A stretch of DNA of 64,000 nt from an uncultured Nitrososphaerales archaeon (GCA_963713605.1 CAVQMO010000001.1:704001-768000); one strand, 5' to 3'; positions 9,418 to 21,680 are shown, counted from the first letter of the stretch. The notes: a model not told the origin generated them from the letters alone. A program made the numbers and translations.

Positions 9418-9964
9418 CTATTTGTAGACTTCTGCTGCAGCCTCTTTTGCTGTGTTTGCGATTGTTTTTGCGTTGTTTACATTAATTCTTGAAAGTTCTT
9501 CTGTATGCTGTTTTAGCTCGTTCGAATGCGCGTCCCATAGCATCAATATTTCCAAATAAGATATCATTATTTATTCTTGTTGCTGCTGAAATATTTTCTG
9601 CGATATTACTAACTGATCTGGCCCATAGCTCGGTTGGTACTCTTGGAGATAACCAGTTGTTGTACATTCTTTGTACATTTTCATAGTATGGAATTGAAGA
9701 GTCGAAGACAGAATTTATTATTGATTTTTGAGCTTCGATATAGTCTTCTGTCATTTTTCCAGTTGATTCTAGTGCTTGTTCCTGATAATTCTTGACGACA
9801 TCTGCATATCGTGGAATTTGATCTTTTGCTTCGTCTATTGATTTTTTTACATTCTTTTTAGTTTCATTCAATGACGCGTTTATAGATTCTTGTGCCGCAG
9901 TTCTAGCTTGTTCAGCAACTTTCTTTGTAGCTTCAACGGCTTTCTCTTCCTCTCGTTTTGACAT
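9418..9964 (-). CDS. alpha-helical hypothetical protein, possibly phasin-like (frameshift near 9512)
   Basis: Ala/Glu/Lys/Gln-rich amphipathic helices; alternate frame continues KQHTEELSRINVNNAKTIANTAKEAAAEVYK* to 9418. Confidence 0.65.
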
Positions 9965-10129
9965 ACCACTACACTATTAACATAGCTATATAAATGTTGG
10001 TAATAAATGGTGTTCAACACCATCTAAAGACTATATATGGAGAGAATCAGACGGATCGGTAATAAATTAATGGCTTATTGACACAGCAGAAAGCAGAAAA
10101 ACAAAGCAGCCAGATCACTTCTGAGTACA

Positions 10130-10365
10130 TTATTGTTTTTTTGAACTGTCAGTCTTATTAGTCGCCCAAGCAATATAGATATTTTCATCAGATACAGCAA
10201 CTGAGACTTTGCGCTGGGGTCCCTATACTGCAACCGTTCCAAAGCTCAGGTGAGGCATTAATCGAGATATTAAAAGTGCTGATCGTAGTTGTTCCAAGAG
10301 CGATAATTATCATTATTATTGTTGTAGTTGTAGTTGTAGTTGTTTCTGTAGCTAGATGTTTATTC
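10130..10365 (-). pseudogene. fragment paralogous to the BNR/sialidase-like gene at 25902-26360
   Basis: FGTVAV*GPQRKVSVAVSDENIYIAWATNKT versus YGTVAVQGPESRVTLAVSGDNIYIAWITNRT. Confidence 0.7.
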
Positions 10366-10731
10366 GTCTATCACTATGCTATCTACCGATCGATATAAAG
10401 GCCTATCAACATCAACAGATATCTATTAGGATTAGTCATCTGTAAATTTAGCAGCTTTCTCTGTAAAGGGTTAGATATCTATAATCAAGCAATCATCATT
10501 CAAAACTATTAACAATATCTGTTATAGATAGCATCTGCTCCCACTTAATTAGTCTGTTGCCGACCCGCATCATAACAGTCAAGGCCTTAAGCGATATTAA
10601 ATTATATCTTTATTGTTATATTCGATAAAGTGATTACTTAATTAAGTCTCATATGGAAAGGAGTAGAAAAAGGAAATTGCAACATTCACGTGCTGTGCCT
10701 TTATCACCAAGGTTTAATGATTACCCCGTAA

Positions 10732-10977
10732 TTAGTAAAACAAGTCATCGAAAAGTCCTCTCCTTCTCTGTGTATTATTATTATAATAGTCATCATACTC
10801 TCCATTTCTATAATGATACTGGTTAATGTGTTGGTCATCGTAGTCGCTTTGGATTTTGGCTATCTTATCTATCTCACCTCTATCTAACCATACTCCCTTG
10901 CAGGATGGACAGTAATCAATATTGACCCCGTACTTTTGCATTAGTAACAATTGAGTCGAACAATTTGGACATTGCAT
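10732..10977 (-). CDS. zf-TFIIB-type zinc-ribbon protein
   Basis: MQCPNC...GVNIDYCPSCKGVWLDRGEIDKI, C-terminal RRRGLFDDLF. Confidence 0.85.
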   Translation of the reverse strand: MQCPNCSTQLLLMQKYGVNIDYCPSCKGVWLDRGEIDKIAKIQSDYDDQHINQYHYRNGEYDDYYNNNTQRRRGLFDDLFY

Positions 10978-11102
10978 CTCTGAATCTAATCGCCTCTTAT
11001 GTGCTCATATAAACATGTGTCATTTAAAATCTTATTTGAAATTCATTTATTCCACTAAATATCCCAGAAGCTTATATATTTAGGCCTTTTTATAGTCAGG
11101 TC

Positions 11103-11270
11103 ATGAAAACTGTCCAGATTTTGATCTTGATTATTATTGCGGTATTCATAATCGTAATGTTCGCGACGTTCTCGTTCCTATTTCACTTTTTCTTTATGAT
11201 CCCTGTTATTACAACGCTGACACTAGATGGGCAAGGGCTATCTTTGTCTCCAATTATTCCTCAGATGTGA
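11103..11270 (+). CDS. 55-aa membrane microprotein
   Basis: MKTVQILILIIIAVFIIVMFATFSFLFHFFF...; TATA-like cttatata about 30 bp upstream. Confidence 0.5.
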   Translation: MKTVQILILIIIAVFIIVMFATFSFLFHFFFMIPVITTLTLDGQGLSLSPIIPQM

Positions 11271-11399
11271 AAAAATTCTATAACGATCACGTAGGCACTG
11301 TTAGTTAGATTAATGCCAGAACTACATAGATAACCTGAAAGCATCAAACAAGTCGTCATGTGAGGTTTCTTCTTTGTCCAACGCAGCTTCTCCATTTTC

Positions 11400-11615
11400 T
11401 AATCGCTTCCACACTGAAGGCTGCGAGATAGGTAAAGGCTTATTTATAAAAAAAGGTTAAACTGCCCTTCTAAACAAAGGTGATTCATCCCTTATCTCTT
11501 CGCATCTTTTTCGATAGTCCAGATATTCCTGGATAGCCTTAGCACATTCAGGAGTGAAAAATGTGTAATATTTGTCACGAGTACGAGCATAAACCTGGAC
11601 TTTGTATAAGAGGAC
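11400..11615 (-). pseudogene. tyrosine recombinase/integrase catalytic-domain relic
   Basis: YKVQVYARTRDKYYTFFTPECAKAIQEYLDYRKRC.E...ESPLFR; resembles the central part of thaumarchaeal integrases. Confidence 0.7.
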
Positions 11616-11894
11616 GGATATGCCCAGGTGAATATTGTCCAACACAAATCTGTTGACTTGCTCATCAAGTGCACTAGTTCTTTTGTCTCTCATCTACAAA
11701 GCATCTCAATCCACAAGATAATTCGTGATCGTCAGACGTTGCCAGTTCTAGAACTACTTCTATCTAGTAAGGAAACTCAATATTATGAAATTACTCAAAA
11801 ATGTTTCTGATTCATTACAGTTATTCGCAGAAAAGTCAAGGTTGTGAGGCATCCTGAATAGGATTATTGTAAAGTTATTTACTAATAATACAAA

Positions 11895-12266
11895 CTATAA
11901 TCCAACCCTCTTCATTTTTGAACCACATTTAGGACATGCTATCTCTCTGTGCTCATAACCACATTTCATACAATAGTATTTGACTTTACTTTGGCTATCG
12001 TCAATTGAATTAGAGGTATTGGGTTTGTATAATTCTTTAATCTTTTTGAAGTCAAACCCAGTAACTGTGCTTGTAGGATTTTTCATGCCTAATTTTCTTA
12101 GGAGCAGATATCTCCTGTACCAACCAAGTACCAGGAATGCAACCAATGCTAGAGCAAGGTCGGTTGGGAATGGCAAGAGAAGCGTAATGATAAAAGCAAC
12201 AGCTAAATAAATGGCAGTCCATTTGAGCTGATTCAAAACAAGCTGTTTCCTATCAAAGTCCTTCAT
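11895..12266 (-). CDS. 2-TM membrane protein with C-terminal zinc ribbon
   Basis: Two TM helices, then KYYCMKCG.EH..IACPKCGSKMKRVG; paralogs at 16970 and 24810. Confidence 0.8.
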   Translation of the reverse strand: MKDFDRKQLVLNQLKWTAIYLAVAFIITLLLPFPTDLALALVAFLVLGWYRRYLLLRKLGMKNPTSTVTGFDFKKIKELYKPNTSNSIDDSQSKVKYYCMKCGYEHREIACPKCGSKMKRVGL

Positions 12267-12539
12267 TTACGTCCATTCCTATAGTATAATAGTGCAAACT
12301 AGAATATAACATTCCTGTCTTCATCTCATAACAAAAATGCATTATCTGCTATAATAACTGCATTTAGAGAAGATGAAAATTAGTTATAGACAGAACAATA
12401 AACGCAAAAGGAATTTACTGGATAGACAACAAATTGGTTTCAGTCATGAGGAATATATTTCGGCTTATAATAAGACTTATGTCACTTCCAATTGAGCAAG
12501 TAATTAGCTGAACTATATGCATTCGCCAATCACTTTACT

Positions 12540-13090
12540 TTAATCGAATATTTGTCCTCTAATTTCTCCTTCAGGATTTTGTTTAGTAAGGATATTAACA
12601 TATGTATTATTTCCACCTACAAGTGTAGTCAGATCAGATATCTGTTTTCCATTCAATAGACCTTGAAGTATATCAGCTGTCATGTAACCTTCTGCTAACA
12701 GTCTATCTACTGGACCGGTGGGTGCTAGATCATTGAAGCGTATGAGTGTTACTACAACGGGACCATTTTCACCTTTTTTCCCTTGTTGTATTTGAGCAGT
12801 AATAGCGTTATCTATGTCATTCCAATACTGCTATGAATAAGAGTAGAATTACCAGTAACCTTAGAGTTTGTGGGCGGCACTTCATCTTGACCAATAAGAT
12901 TTGCGGTAAAGTTTTGCTTACCTTGAGTTAACACAGATGTTGGAAGTTTAATAGATGATGAAGACATCATAATACTTGTTACGCATATTACTGCTACAAG
13001 ACTAAAACATGATATAATTACTGCTACATTTTTGGCACTCTTTATTTCTTCTGATCTTGCTCCAATGAAACGAATCTAAAGCCTTGCCAT
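12540..13090 (-). pseudogene. CHRD-domain protein pseudogene
   Basis: FTANLIGQDEVPPTNS.., GKKGENGPVVVTL, YVNILTKQNPEGEIRGQI*; early stop, internal deletion and frameshift. Confidence 0.8.
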
Positions 13091-13159
13091 TTATAAGTTA
13101 TTTACGCAAGCCAATCTAGCAATATAATGCCAAGATCAACTTTTTGAAATTCTTAAGAA

Positions 13160-14260
13160 TTACTTTATTACTGACACAAGTCCATCTGTACCTGTACGTG
13201 TGCCAGCTACGTAAACAGCCTTATTGGGTGGATTAAATTCTAAGGCGAGGGGAAGACTGTTGATATCTGTGGTAGAAGCCAATGTATTATTCTCACTGTT
13301 TAAAATAGATATAGAATTGGATACAACATTACCTACGTACACATCAGTATTGGACGGATTGAATAGCATAGCAACGGGCTCGGTACCAACTACGACGGTT
13401 TCGAGTAATGTGTTATTCGAGCCATCAATTACCGATACAGATCGTGAACCGCGATTGGCTACGTAGATATCATTGTTAGCAGGATTGAATTCTATAGTGG
13501 TAGGTTCGTTTTCAACTTGAACATTATTCGCTACCGTGTTATTCTTGGGATCTATGACAGAAACTGTTCCTGAATCCCTATTAGCAACATATAGGAAGTT
13601 GTTTGAGGGGTTATATTTTAAGGATATAGGCGAACCTCCGACTTCTATCTCTTTGATCAGCGTATTGTTATTGCCAGTATCAATGACTGAGACAGTGTTT
13701 GAGCCTTCATTTGCTACGTAGATATATTTATTGGAAGGATTAAACTCCAAGTCTACAGGATCTATACCAACTTCTATATCATTGATAACCTCATTAACAT
13801 TGCTATCAATTACAGAAATAGAGTTTGAAATCACATTGGCTACGTAAATATTTTTGTTGTCTGGGTTGAAGAGTAATTGTTCTGGGAAGCTACCGACGGT
13901 AACATTCTTAATCACTGTATCATTGTTAGTTTCAATTACAGACACAGTTTCTGAATCGCGGTTAGTCACATAGATGTCGTTATTGGATGGGTTGAAAACT
14001 AGTGCATGAGGAGATCCACCAACGGCAATGCTTTTAATCACTGTATCATTGTTAGTTTCAATTACAGACACAGTCCCTGAATCACGGTTAGCGACATAGA
14101 TGTTGTTATTGGATGGGTTGAAAACTAGTGCCTGTGGAAAACTACCTACCGGTATCACTGAGATTACCGAATTTCCGAAGGCATGGTTTATTCCAGGCGA
14201 TGAAATAACGATCATTAGCACTATAAAGAAGCAAAAGCATACGAAGAGAGATGATAACAT
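13160..14260 (-). CDS. secreted YVTN/YncE-type beta-propeller repeat protein
   Basis: Signal peptide and repeated VG..P....FNP.N..IYVAN..S.TVSVID units. Confidence 0.9.
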   Translation of the reverse strand: MLSSLFVCFCFFIVLMIVISSPGINHAFGNSVISVIPVGSFPQALVFNPSNNNIYVANRDSGTVSVIETNNDTVIKSIAVGGSPHALVFNPSNNDIYVTNRDSETVSVIETNNDTVIKNVTVGSFPEQLLFNPDNKNIYVANVISNSISVIDSNVNEVINDIEVGIDPVDLEFNPSNKYIYVANEGSNTVSVIDTGNNNTLIKEIEVGGSPISLKYNPSNNFLYVANRDSGTVSVIDPKNNTVANNVQVENEPTTIEFNPANNDIYVANRGSRSVSVIDGSNNTLLETVVVGTEPVAMLFNPSNTDVYVGNVVSNSISILNSENNTLASTTDINSLPLALEFNPPNKAVYVAGTRTGTDGLVSVIK

Positions 14261-14594
14261 GCTTTAAGTATCATAGTTAATTGTATTATATATAAGACTT
14301 CTATCATGGCATAAATGTTTAACAAGAAAACACACAAACTAGAAATGAGTTATATTTGTATTATTCTACAGATGAATTAGCCTATTTTCACCGTAGTAAG
14401 GCACAATGACTTGATGGAGGTGATAATAACATCATTAGTGTGGGTACAGAGACTAGAATCTTTAAATCTTTATTCTTGCACAAATAGAAATTTATTGGAA
14501 ATTGGTTTTGCTTTCGATTCTTGAGATATCCCCAAGAAGGGTACTGCTATCACTCATTCTTTGACTGTCATATTTACTATCACAAACATTAGCC

Positions 14595-14861
14595 TTGGCA
14601 GATGCATATTCCCAGTCAGAACGAACACAATGCCGGACAAGAGCGCTTATAGGGGATGGCGGCACTGTATTTGGACTTGCAAATAGTTGCACTAATGGGC
14701 ATACATGTGATATTGCCACGAACTACCTGCCGGGGAAGGAGTTTGAGGCTTGGCTAGTAGACGATTATTGCGAAGGTTCAGGTTATGCACTGCGTATGAA
14801 TAAGATCTTAGAATCTGGGACTCTGGGATTTCATGAGATAATGACTAGGGCCATGACTTAA
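14595..14861 (+). CDS. hypothetical protein, probably a fragment
   Basis: 88-aa ORF with a protein-like FEAWLVDD...GSGYAL segment; TTG start. Confidence 0.35.
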   Translation: MADAYSQSERTQCRTRALIGDGGTVFGLANSCTNGHTCDIATNYLPGKEFEAWLVDDYCEGSGYALRMNKILESGTLGFHEIMTRAMT

Positions 14862-15134
14862 ACAGATATAGTAATAACTCAAAAACCGACTAATAATCTC
14901 AGTCGATTATTAGCATCTTGGTCAAATGCAGTTTATCAAACCTGGTTAATACCCCCTGATCCCATAAACCGAAGTTATCCACTTCTGATTCTCTTGATTT
15001 TCTATCTTTTAAAGTTCAAAGAATGAGTATCTACAGTTTAAGCTTTGGTTACGACTTACAGATGATCTATCTATACTTTTATCTACATTCTGCATGTAAT
15101 GAAGCTTAAATAAAAGCAAATGTGATTGTAAAAT

Positions 15135-15245
15135 ATGCGGAGAAGCAATAAAGGCTCGAACTTGCTCATAATTTTAGGAATCGTTGGTGTGATAGTAGCC
15201 TTTAGCGTGGGAATCCTCATATGGCGTGGGATCTTGAGATGGTAA
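15135..15245 (+). CDS. 36-aa single-TM microprotein
   Basis: MRRSNKGSNLLIILGIVGVIVAFSVGILIWRGILRW*; TATA-like cttaaata upstream; paralog at 33457. Confidence 0.55.
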   Translation: MRRSNKGSNLLIILGIVGVIVAFSVGILIWRGILRW

Positions 15246-15268
15246 CTTAACGGACTAACCTCGTAACA

Positions 15269-15483
15269 GGTCCGATCAGCAGAAACTTTACATCTGCTGA
15301 TTTCACCGGAAGGTTGAACATAGATCAGATGTCTGACCTACTAAATTGATTCTAGGTGGAAATGCATATATTCGAGTCCAGACATTCGACGCACTATTAG
15401 GAAAAATCGTGGGGAAGATAACGCCAAATCTTCCTTCGTAACCTTTTTTATGGATCTCAAATCAATTTCCGTGAAGGCTTGAG
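15269..15483 (+). pseudogene. degenerate duplicate of the 3' end of the CHRD gene (about 16530-16843)
   Basis: Nucleotide similarity such as aactttacatctgctgatttcac...atagatcagatgtctgac...ggaaatgcatatattcga...ccaaatcttcct, with deletions. Confidence 0.85.
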
Positions 15484-15703
15484 CAATAATCCTGTATCTT
15501 AGGGGAGTATTGATTATGAGAAATTGCTAATTTTTTATTAGCAGTATTATTCAGTACTTAGAATAACTAAAAGCATTAGTGAACAAGCGATCTTCTATAT
15601 GTTATTATTTTTTAGGGAAGTCAAGAGTAAAACTGTGAATAAAGGTCACAGAGAAATTCCCACCAGTACCACCAGCACTATTATTATCATTAATCGTTGC
15701 ATG

Positions 15704-15880
15704 TCAGTTCCTTAGTGTAGTCCAACCAACTAGAGACTTACCCCCCCTTACAAACCCATCGAAATTAGAATCAAGAACATATGTTATTGCCCAATCATGT
15801 TTAGACCTTATCGATCTGCCACATGCCTGTACCAATCTCAGTGCTATTTGCCAGATGTACCACTTTTCACCTTCCATCCT
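15704..15880 (-). pseudogene. DinG/XPD-family helicase C-terminal relic
   Basis: WYIWQIALRLVQACGRSIRSKHDWAITYVLDS = helicase motif VI (QxxGRxxR..D). Confidence 0.75.
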
Positions 15881-16009
15881 GAAGCATGAACAATTCCTCA
15901 TCGAGGACTAACGCTGCCTCAAGTTGTAGAAATAAAATTACATTATATTTCCTAGACTTCTCATCCAATGGCAGAAAACCTTAATAGCAAATCTAAGTTT
16001 CTTATATCG

Positions 16010-16718
16010 ATGGATAAACTAAACCGTGTAGCAGTAGTCTATGTTGTCGCAGCTCTTTTCATTGCAAGTATTGCGGCATTGACTCCTGTAGCAAGTGTTG
16101 TAGCCCAGAACAATACCACAGGTACTAATGCCACAACAGCAGGAGTCCAGAGCAATACCACAGGTACTAATGCCACAACAGCAGGAGCCCAGAGCAATAC
16201 CACAGGTACTAATGCCACAACAGCAGGAGCCCAGAGCAATACCACAGGGTACTAATGCCACAACAGCAGGAGTTGGGAATACTACACAAGCGCAAGGATC
16301 TACTCCACAGTTTTCTGCAAACCTCACCGGAGAATTAAACATCCCGCCAACTGTCACGAATGCGACTGGAACTGGTGAGTTTACAGTTGTAGGAGATGGA
16401 AATACCATGCAATATACTATCGATGCAAACAATATCGATAAGGTTACAGATGTATTTGTATCGGCATCCAGTGGTGGACGATACGCTGACTTGGTTCAAC
16501 TCAGAAGCGGAGTCAATGAAGGCCCATCTGGTCCGATCAGTGGGACACTGGTTGAAGGTAACTTTACATCTGCTGATTTCACTGGAAGATTGAATATAGA
16601 TCAGATGTCTGACTTACTGAAACTAATTCTAGATGGAAATGCATATATTCGAATCCTGACATTTGACGCACCATTAGGAGAAATCGTGGGGAAGATATCA
16701 CCAAATCTTCCTCAATAG
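16010..16718 (+). CDS. secreted CHRD-domain protein with Thr/Asn-rich repeats (frameshift near 16248)
   Basis: Signal peptide in the 15968 ORF, CHRD domain (FSANLTG...PP...NATGTG; AYIRILT..AP.GEI.GKI) in the 16128 ORF; extra G in the 4th repeat unit. Confidence 0.85.
16106..16274 (+). repeat. 42-bp coding tandem repeat x4 (QSNTTGTNATTAGA)
   Basis: Unit cagagcaataccacaggtactaatgccacaacagcaggagcc. Confidence 0.95.
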
Positions 16719-16969
16719 CCCATTTTTTATGGGTTTGCGTTAAGAATTTTATGACAAAATCATAGACTCCTTGTTCGTTATTTTGTAGGATCAGGTATGA
16801 TATTTCGAAAGATATTTGCTCAAATCGATTTCCGAAGACTTGAGGTTCTTGCACGCCGTGGTGTGGCTCACGGTCATAAACTGACCTGAATGCCTCCTAA
16901 GAGCTTAGATAGAGCCAGATGAGGATACGATAATAACTAAATTAATATATGATTAATATATGATTCAGT

Positions 16970-17296
16970 TCAAACAAAGCAATTCATGCAATAGTATTTG
17001 ACTGGTCCATAACCACCTTCTTCAATAGGTGATATTTTGGAAGATGAAATTGATCTGAAGAAGTCCTTGATATCTCTAAAATCAGTAATGCTACCTATAC
17101 TATTCCTCTTAGGATCAACATCTGATTTTCTAAAGAGCTGGTTACTTCTGTACCAGTAAGTACCAAGAATGCGAACAATGCAACAATAAAATCAAGGGGA
17201 AAAAGGCAAGAACAACATGATAACAACGGTCACAGCCATGTAAATCGCCGCCCATTTAAGTTAATATATGGCAAGCTGTTTTTTATTATCTTCCAT
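16970..17296 (-). pseudogene. pseudogene of the 2-TM zinc-ribbon family
   Basis: MEDNKKQLAIY*LKWAAIYMAV...GYGPVKYYCMNCFV*; stop, frameshifts, truncation. Confidence 0.8.
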
Positions 17297-17822
17297 CTGT
17301 TCCTATTATTATCATTATCCTGATCATGAATTTAGCATTATGCTTGTAAAATATTTCCACCATTAATTCAACTAAATTCTACGTCTCTAAGATCCACAGT
17401 ATTGCTATATCCGCTCTCTTTCAAATGATTAACTGAACCGGAGAGAGACAGAACATGTCATTTGTGACTTGTCTGATTGTGGATGTATCTATCAACAGCG
17501 TAAAAAAACTAAATAGCCACTACAATTTGTAATTCATGCCTTAATAAATGTATATGAATTCTTTAGGCTATTTTCGTCCGACATACTAAATGGCCCAGGA
17601 AAGTGCATTTTTTACCTTAGTTAACTGATATTTTTTAACTGAATATTTTCAAAATCAGCAGTGTGCGATCCTTAATGTAAATAATTAAGACTTAATAGCC
17701 TCTTCAGATTCCCCCCATCGCTGTGAGATATGCCCAGTACATTTTACACCAGTCCTGAATAAGCGAATATATTGAGATTCGCTATTTTAAACTCAGCGAA
17801 GAATAATTCGATACGACTAACA

Positions 17823-18479
17823 TTAGTCATTTAGTAGATATTTAGCTGCTATGCTAAAGGGGACATGAAATGTAAACTTGTCTGTCTTTGGATCATAAAT
17901 TGTATAGATAGACGACAAATCTACGTTGTTGAAATTCTTATTGATTATTCCATTACTAACATTTACATCTCTAGCTAGCATAACTGGGAAGTCGATTCTT
18001 GTATTATTGATTTGATCAGTATCATCAGTTATCTGCTTTGCGCTCGCATTCACCTCAATATCTGTAGCTGAGATGTTAAAACCCAATAGACTATACTTAA
18101 GAGTAGGCATTGTGAATTTTAATGGCCCCCCCGAGTCACTCACAATTTCACGCTTAAGGGTTTCATTTGGAAAGATCTGGTCTGCATCGATTTCTACTGT
18201 ATGTTCAAATAGGTTTGCAATGCTAAATGAATTACCTTCAAAAATATCAAATACATTGTCAAACATGACTGGAGTAAATATACCAATACCATTATCAAAT
18301 TCAAATATAATTAATTCATGCCGTGTGTCCGCAAGTAGCCATTGAATATTACAACTACCAAGTACCAGAAGTGACAAAGACAATGACAAAACAGAAAAGA
18401 CCTTCATCAATTCATAGACTTTTTGCATAGGTACTTCCCCAAGTAGTACGAATATCTTTAGCGAGCCTTTCATCTCCAT
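17823..18479 (-). CDS. secreted hypothetical protein
   Basis: 218-aa ORF with a hydrophobic signal-like segment; start uncertain. Confidence 0.65.
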   Translation of the reverse strand: MEMKGSLKIFVLLGEVPMQKVYELMKVFSVLSLSLSLLVLGSCNIQWLLADTRHELIIFEFDNGIGIFTPVMFDNVFDIFEGNSFSIANLFEHTVEIDADQIFPNETLKREIVSDSGGPLKFTMPTLKYSLLGFNISATDIEVNASAKQITDDTDQINNTRIDFPVMLARDVNVSNGIINKNFNNVDLSSIYTIYDPKTDKFTFHVPFSIAAKYLLND

Positions 18480-18910
18480 CAGTTGTTCAAGCTCCCGCTA
18501 CTATCAAAGCAGTAGACATAGATCCGATCTACTCCTGGGTCTTTCACAAGTCATTCCAAGAACTAAAATAGCAAGGACTTAGATAAGGATTTAGAGGAAA
18601 TATGACTGACCCAAAGGAGATCGCAAACTCTTTCAGAACTTTTTGATGGAAGAGTTCACAATTTTAATCAAGACCAGCTACCAGTCTGAGGTTCGATATA
18701 TACATCGTGACTAGGTGAATTGAGATATCAAGTGCGCAGCATAAATAGCCATCGTATAAATTGCATTAAAAAAGGCAAGGAATAAACATATTTTACAGCA
18801 TTACCCGTCTTTAGTATACCCCTCTATTGGTTTCTCTTCATGTAATTGCCGCCCACTAACATTATTCACGGTTCTATAAGCAAAATATTTATTGAATACC
18901 GTGAAGGTGC

Positions 18911-19493
18911 TTGTTAATGAATAGTACTAGACTTAATGGTGTAGACACCAATCAATTTGGAAGTTTAATAAATACTCTAACTGAGAAACCTGATGTTTCA
19001 AAGGTAACGTTCTCTGTAAAGACAGAATGGAATAGCAAAGAAGAAGATGGAGGTGGATTTTGTATTAGATCATCAATCAATGACTTTCAAATTGGTGACC
19101 AATCTATTCCAAGAGATAGAACATATACAATGGTTTTTGACTTTCCACCACAGTTCTCAGGAGAAGGCAAAGGTCCTACAGTATGTGAAGCTTGTATGTC
19201 TAGCTTGGGTGCATGTATAACACAGACAATTGTTGTACATGCGACGGCAAGGGGGATAAATTTGGATAGTATAACCATAAACCTTGAAGGTAATGTTGAT
19301 CTTCGAGGTTTTACAGGCATTTCAGGTGAAGTAAGGCCAGGAGCGCAGGGATTTAAGGCGGACATTAAAATTAAGAGGTACTACCGCCTCTAAGGACCAG
19401 ATAAACGAATTGTATGAAATCGGAAAGAAGTTGTCCCCAGCATTTGACACTTTGACAAATGGCACCTCAGTAATTGCTGTCAACTCTTCCTAA
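18911..19493 (+). CDS. OsmC-family protein (frameshift near 19375)
   Basis: LNGVD, D.PPQFSGEGKGPT..E.....LGAC, EGNVDLRGFTG...VRPG; alternate frame ends KKLSPAFDTLTNGTSVIAVNSS*. Confidence 0.85.
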
Positions 19494-19723
19494 TGCATTA
19501 GGATAAGGTGGCTCGCGTTAACTGTTTCCGCATTTTTACTTAGACATGCTAAAAAGGCAGATGCAAGAAAATAAGATGTTAGATTTACCTAATCTTGAAT
19601 TCTTGATGTCTGTACCAAAACATCTAATATGAAAATCTGGACCGGAAATCACAGTTGATATCCACCTTTTGTTAAAGTAATATACGCAAGACCTGGACTT
19701 AACACAAACCTAAAAAAGAAGAT

Positions 19724-21069
19724 TTGGCATTATATGTTATGCCGAGGCTGGAAGTTATATCCGTTTTTGTCCTGTCGATTATCATATTATTTGTAATCTG
19801 TGTTAAGAATGTGAGTGGAACACAAGATGACAGCGAGATTACACTTACGATACTATTCAATGAAATAGTTACAAGCCCTAACGCAGGAAAACATCTGATA
19901 GATAATGCCATTAAGGTTTTAGAGAATGAAACTGATGCTGCAATAAAAGTGAATTATGTTGAATTTCAGTCCGATAACTCAACCAGAGATGAAATAATTC
20001 GTTTGCTTTCTAATCAGACTCCGATTGACATAATCACAGTAGATCAAATATGGTTGGGTGAGCTTGCGCAAAAGGGACTCCTCACAGATCTCACAAATTA
20101 CACTACACAACGGTGGAATAGAGACGGAAATGAGGAGTGGTACTTCGGAAATTGGGAAGGTGGAAAGTCACAAGGAAGAATTTACGGTGTATGGGCTTGG
20201 ACCGACGTGAGAGGGATATGGTATTGGAAAGATATGCTAGACGAAGCCGGTGTGGTTCCAGAATCATTGAAGACATGGAATGGGTATATTACTGCTGCAA
20301 AGAAGTTAAATTCAGGTACTAAATGCTAGAGGAATACAGGGGGTACACCTTACCGGTGCAAATCATTCCCCAGACTTGTTTTATCCTTATCTCTGGATGC
20401 TGGGGGGAGACATTCTCCAACAAAGAGAAGGACATCCCACAAGAGGGAATTATTGGTTTCCTGCTTTCAATAGCTCTGCAGGGTTGAAGGCACTTTCCTT
20501 TATACAAGAATCAAGTGGATGCAGGAATAAATCCCCAGAAGGAGCATCATTGGGGTGAAGAATTTATCAATAGAGATTTTGCAGTTATGATAGAAGGATC
20601 TTGGATGCCAACAAGATATGTACCGTTACAAGATTTTGAGAAGAAAATTGGATTTCTTCCTATGTTTCCAGTTCCGAGTAAAGATATTCAAACATCTACT
20701 TTAATGGGAGGGTGGGAATTTAGCATTCCCATTACTTCTACCCACAAGGACCTGGCATGGAAACTATTAACTCTAATGGTTGAACCAAATATACTTGCTC
20801 CATGGCTGGTGGAACATAGGCTTCTGCCGACCCAAGTAGCGATAGGAGAGGGGGAATCCCGCATTGCAGCATCAACCTCATTTCCTTATTATGATGAAAT
20901 GATCTCCGTTATTCCATTTGCAGGGTTTAGACCAAACATTCCGGAATATCCACAAATTGCCCATTATATTAAAGAAGCATTAGACGCAGTTTATTACGAC
21001 ACGAAGGATCCAAGGGCTGCATTGGATGACGCAGCTACAAAATCTGCGATTGTACTTGGATGGCAATGA
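19724..21069 (+). CDS. ABC transporter extracellular (sugar-type) solute-binding protein, two frameshifts
   Basis: DIITVDQIWLGELA..GLL.DLT, WTDVRGIWYWKD, FYPYLWMLGG, AVMIEGSW, STLMGGW, RP.IPEYPQI across three ORFs. Confidence 0.85.
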
Positions 21070-21214
21070 TAGTATAAGAATAGTAAATTCCTTTGTTTAT
21101 GAGATTCAAGGAAGCGAATTGAAGTTAACATGCTAACTTAAACAGCGACGTTCAAAAACTATACCAATTGCGAAGTATGTTCACTAAGGCCTTATGAATA
21201 TCTTGTAACGCTGC

Positions 21215-21515
21215 CATCTATAAATATCTTGTAACGGCCTTCGAATCTGATCTCATGCTCCTCTAGCAACTTAAATCATGGTATCTAACTATCTGATTAA
21301 AATCTGGCCTCAGATACTCCTCCGAATAAGGCACATTAATGATTCCATCGAGCAACTCTGGTGCGGACACCTACAAGTCAAGGTATAGACCCACAGACTT
21401 CTGCCTGTCGGAGTCTGCAACAAAGAAGCTGTGCAGCTTCTTCCCTTTATCTATCGCAGCCTCCATGTCATTTGTATGGAAGGTATTTCCTTCCAGATTA
21501 TTCAATGTTACTCGT
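21215..21515 (-). pseudogene. terminase large subunit (nuclease domain) relic 1
   Basis: LEGNTFHTNDMEAAIDKGK, QKSVGL, LLDGIINVPYSEEYLRPDFNQ, KLLEEHEIRFEGRYKIFIDG across frames; overlaps in homology with relic 2. Confidence 0.55.
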
Positions 21516-21680
21516 AATTTGGAACGGTTTTTATCATCTTTGTCTTTATTCATCAAATATAAGCAGGTAATATGATTTTGAAGCCATCTTTCTTACAATG
21601 AGGAACAATTTTCTGAAGGATTTATGATTCCTGCTTCAGATTAAAGCCTATTATACTATAGGCGCATATATATATGTATA

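Noticed and set aside
16106..16274. CRISPR-like or non-coding repeat
   Set aside because: Head-to-tail 42-bp units with no spacers, in frame within a CDS
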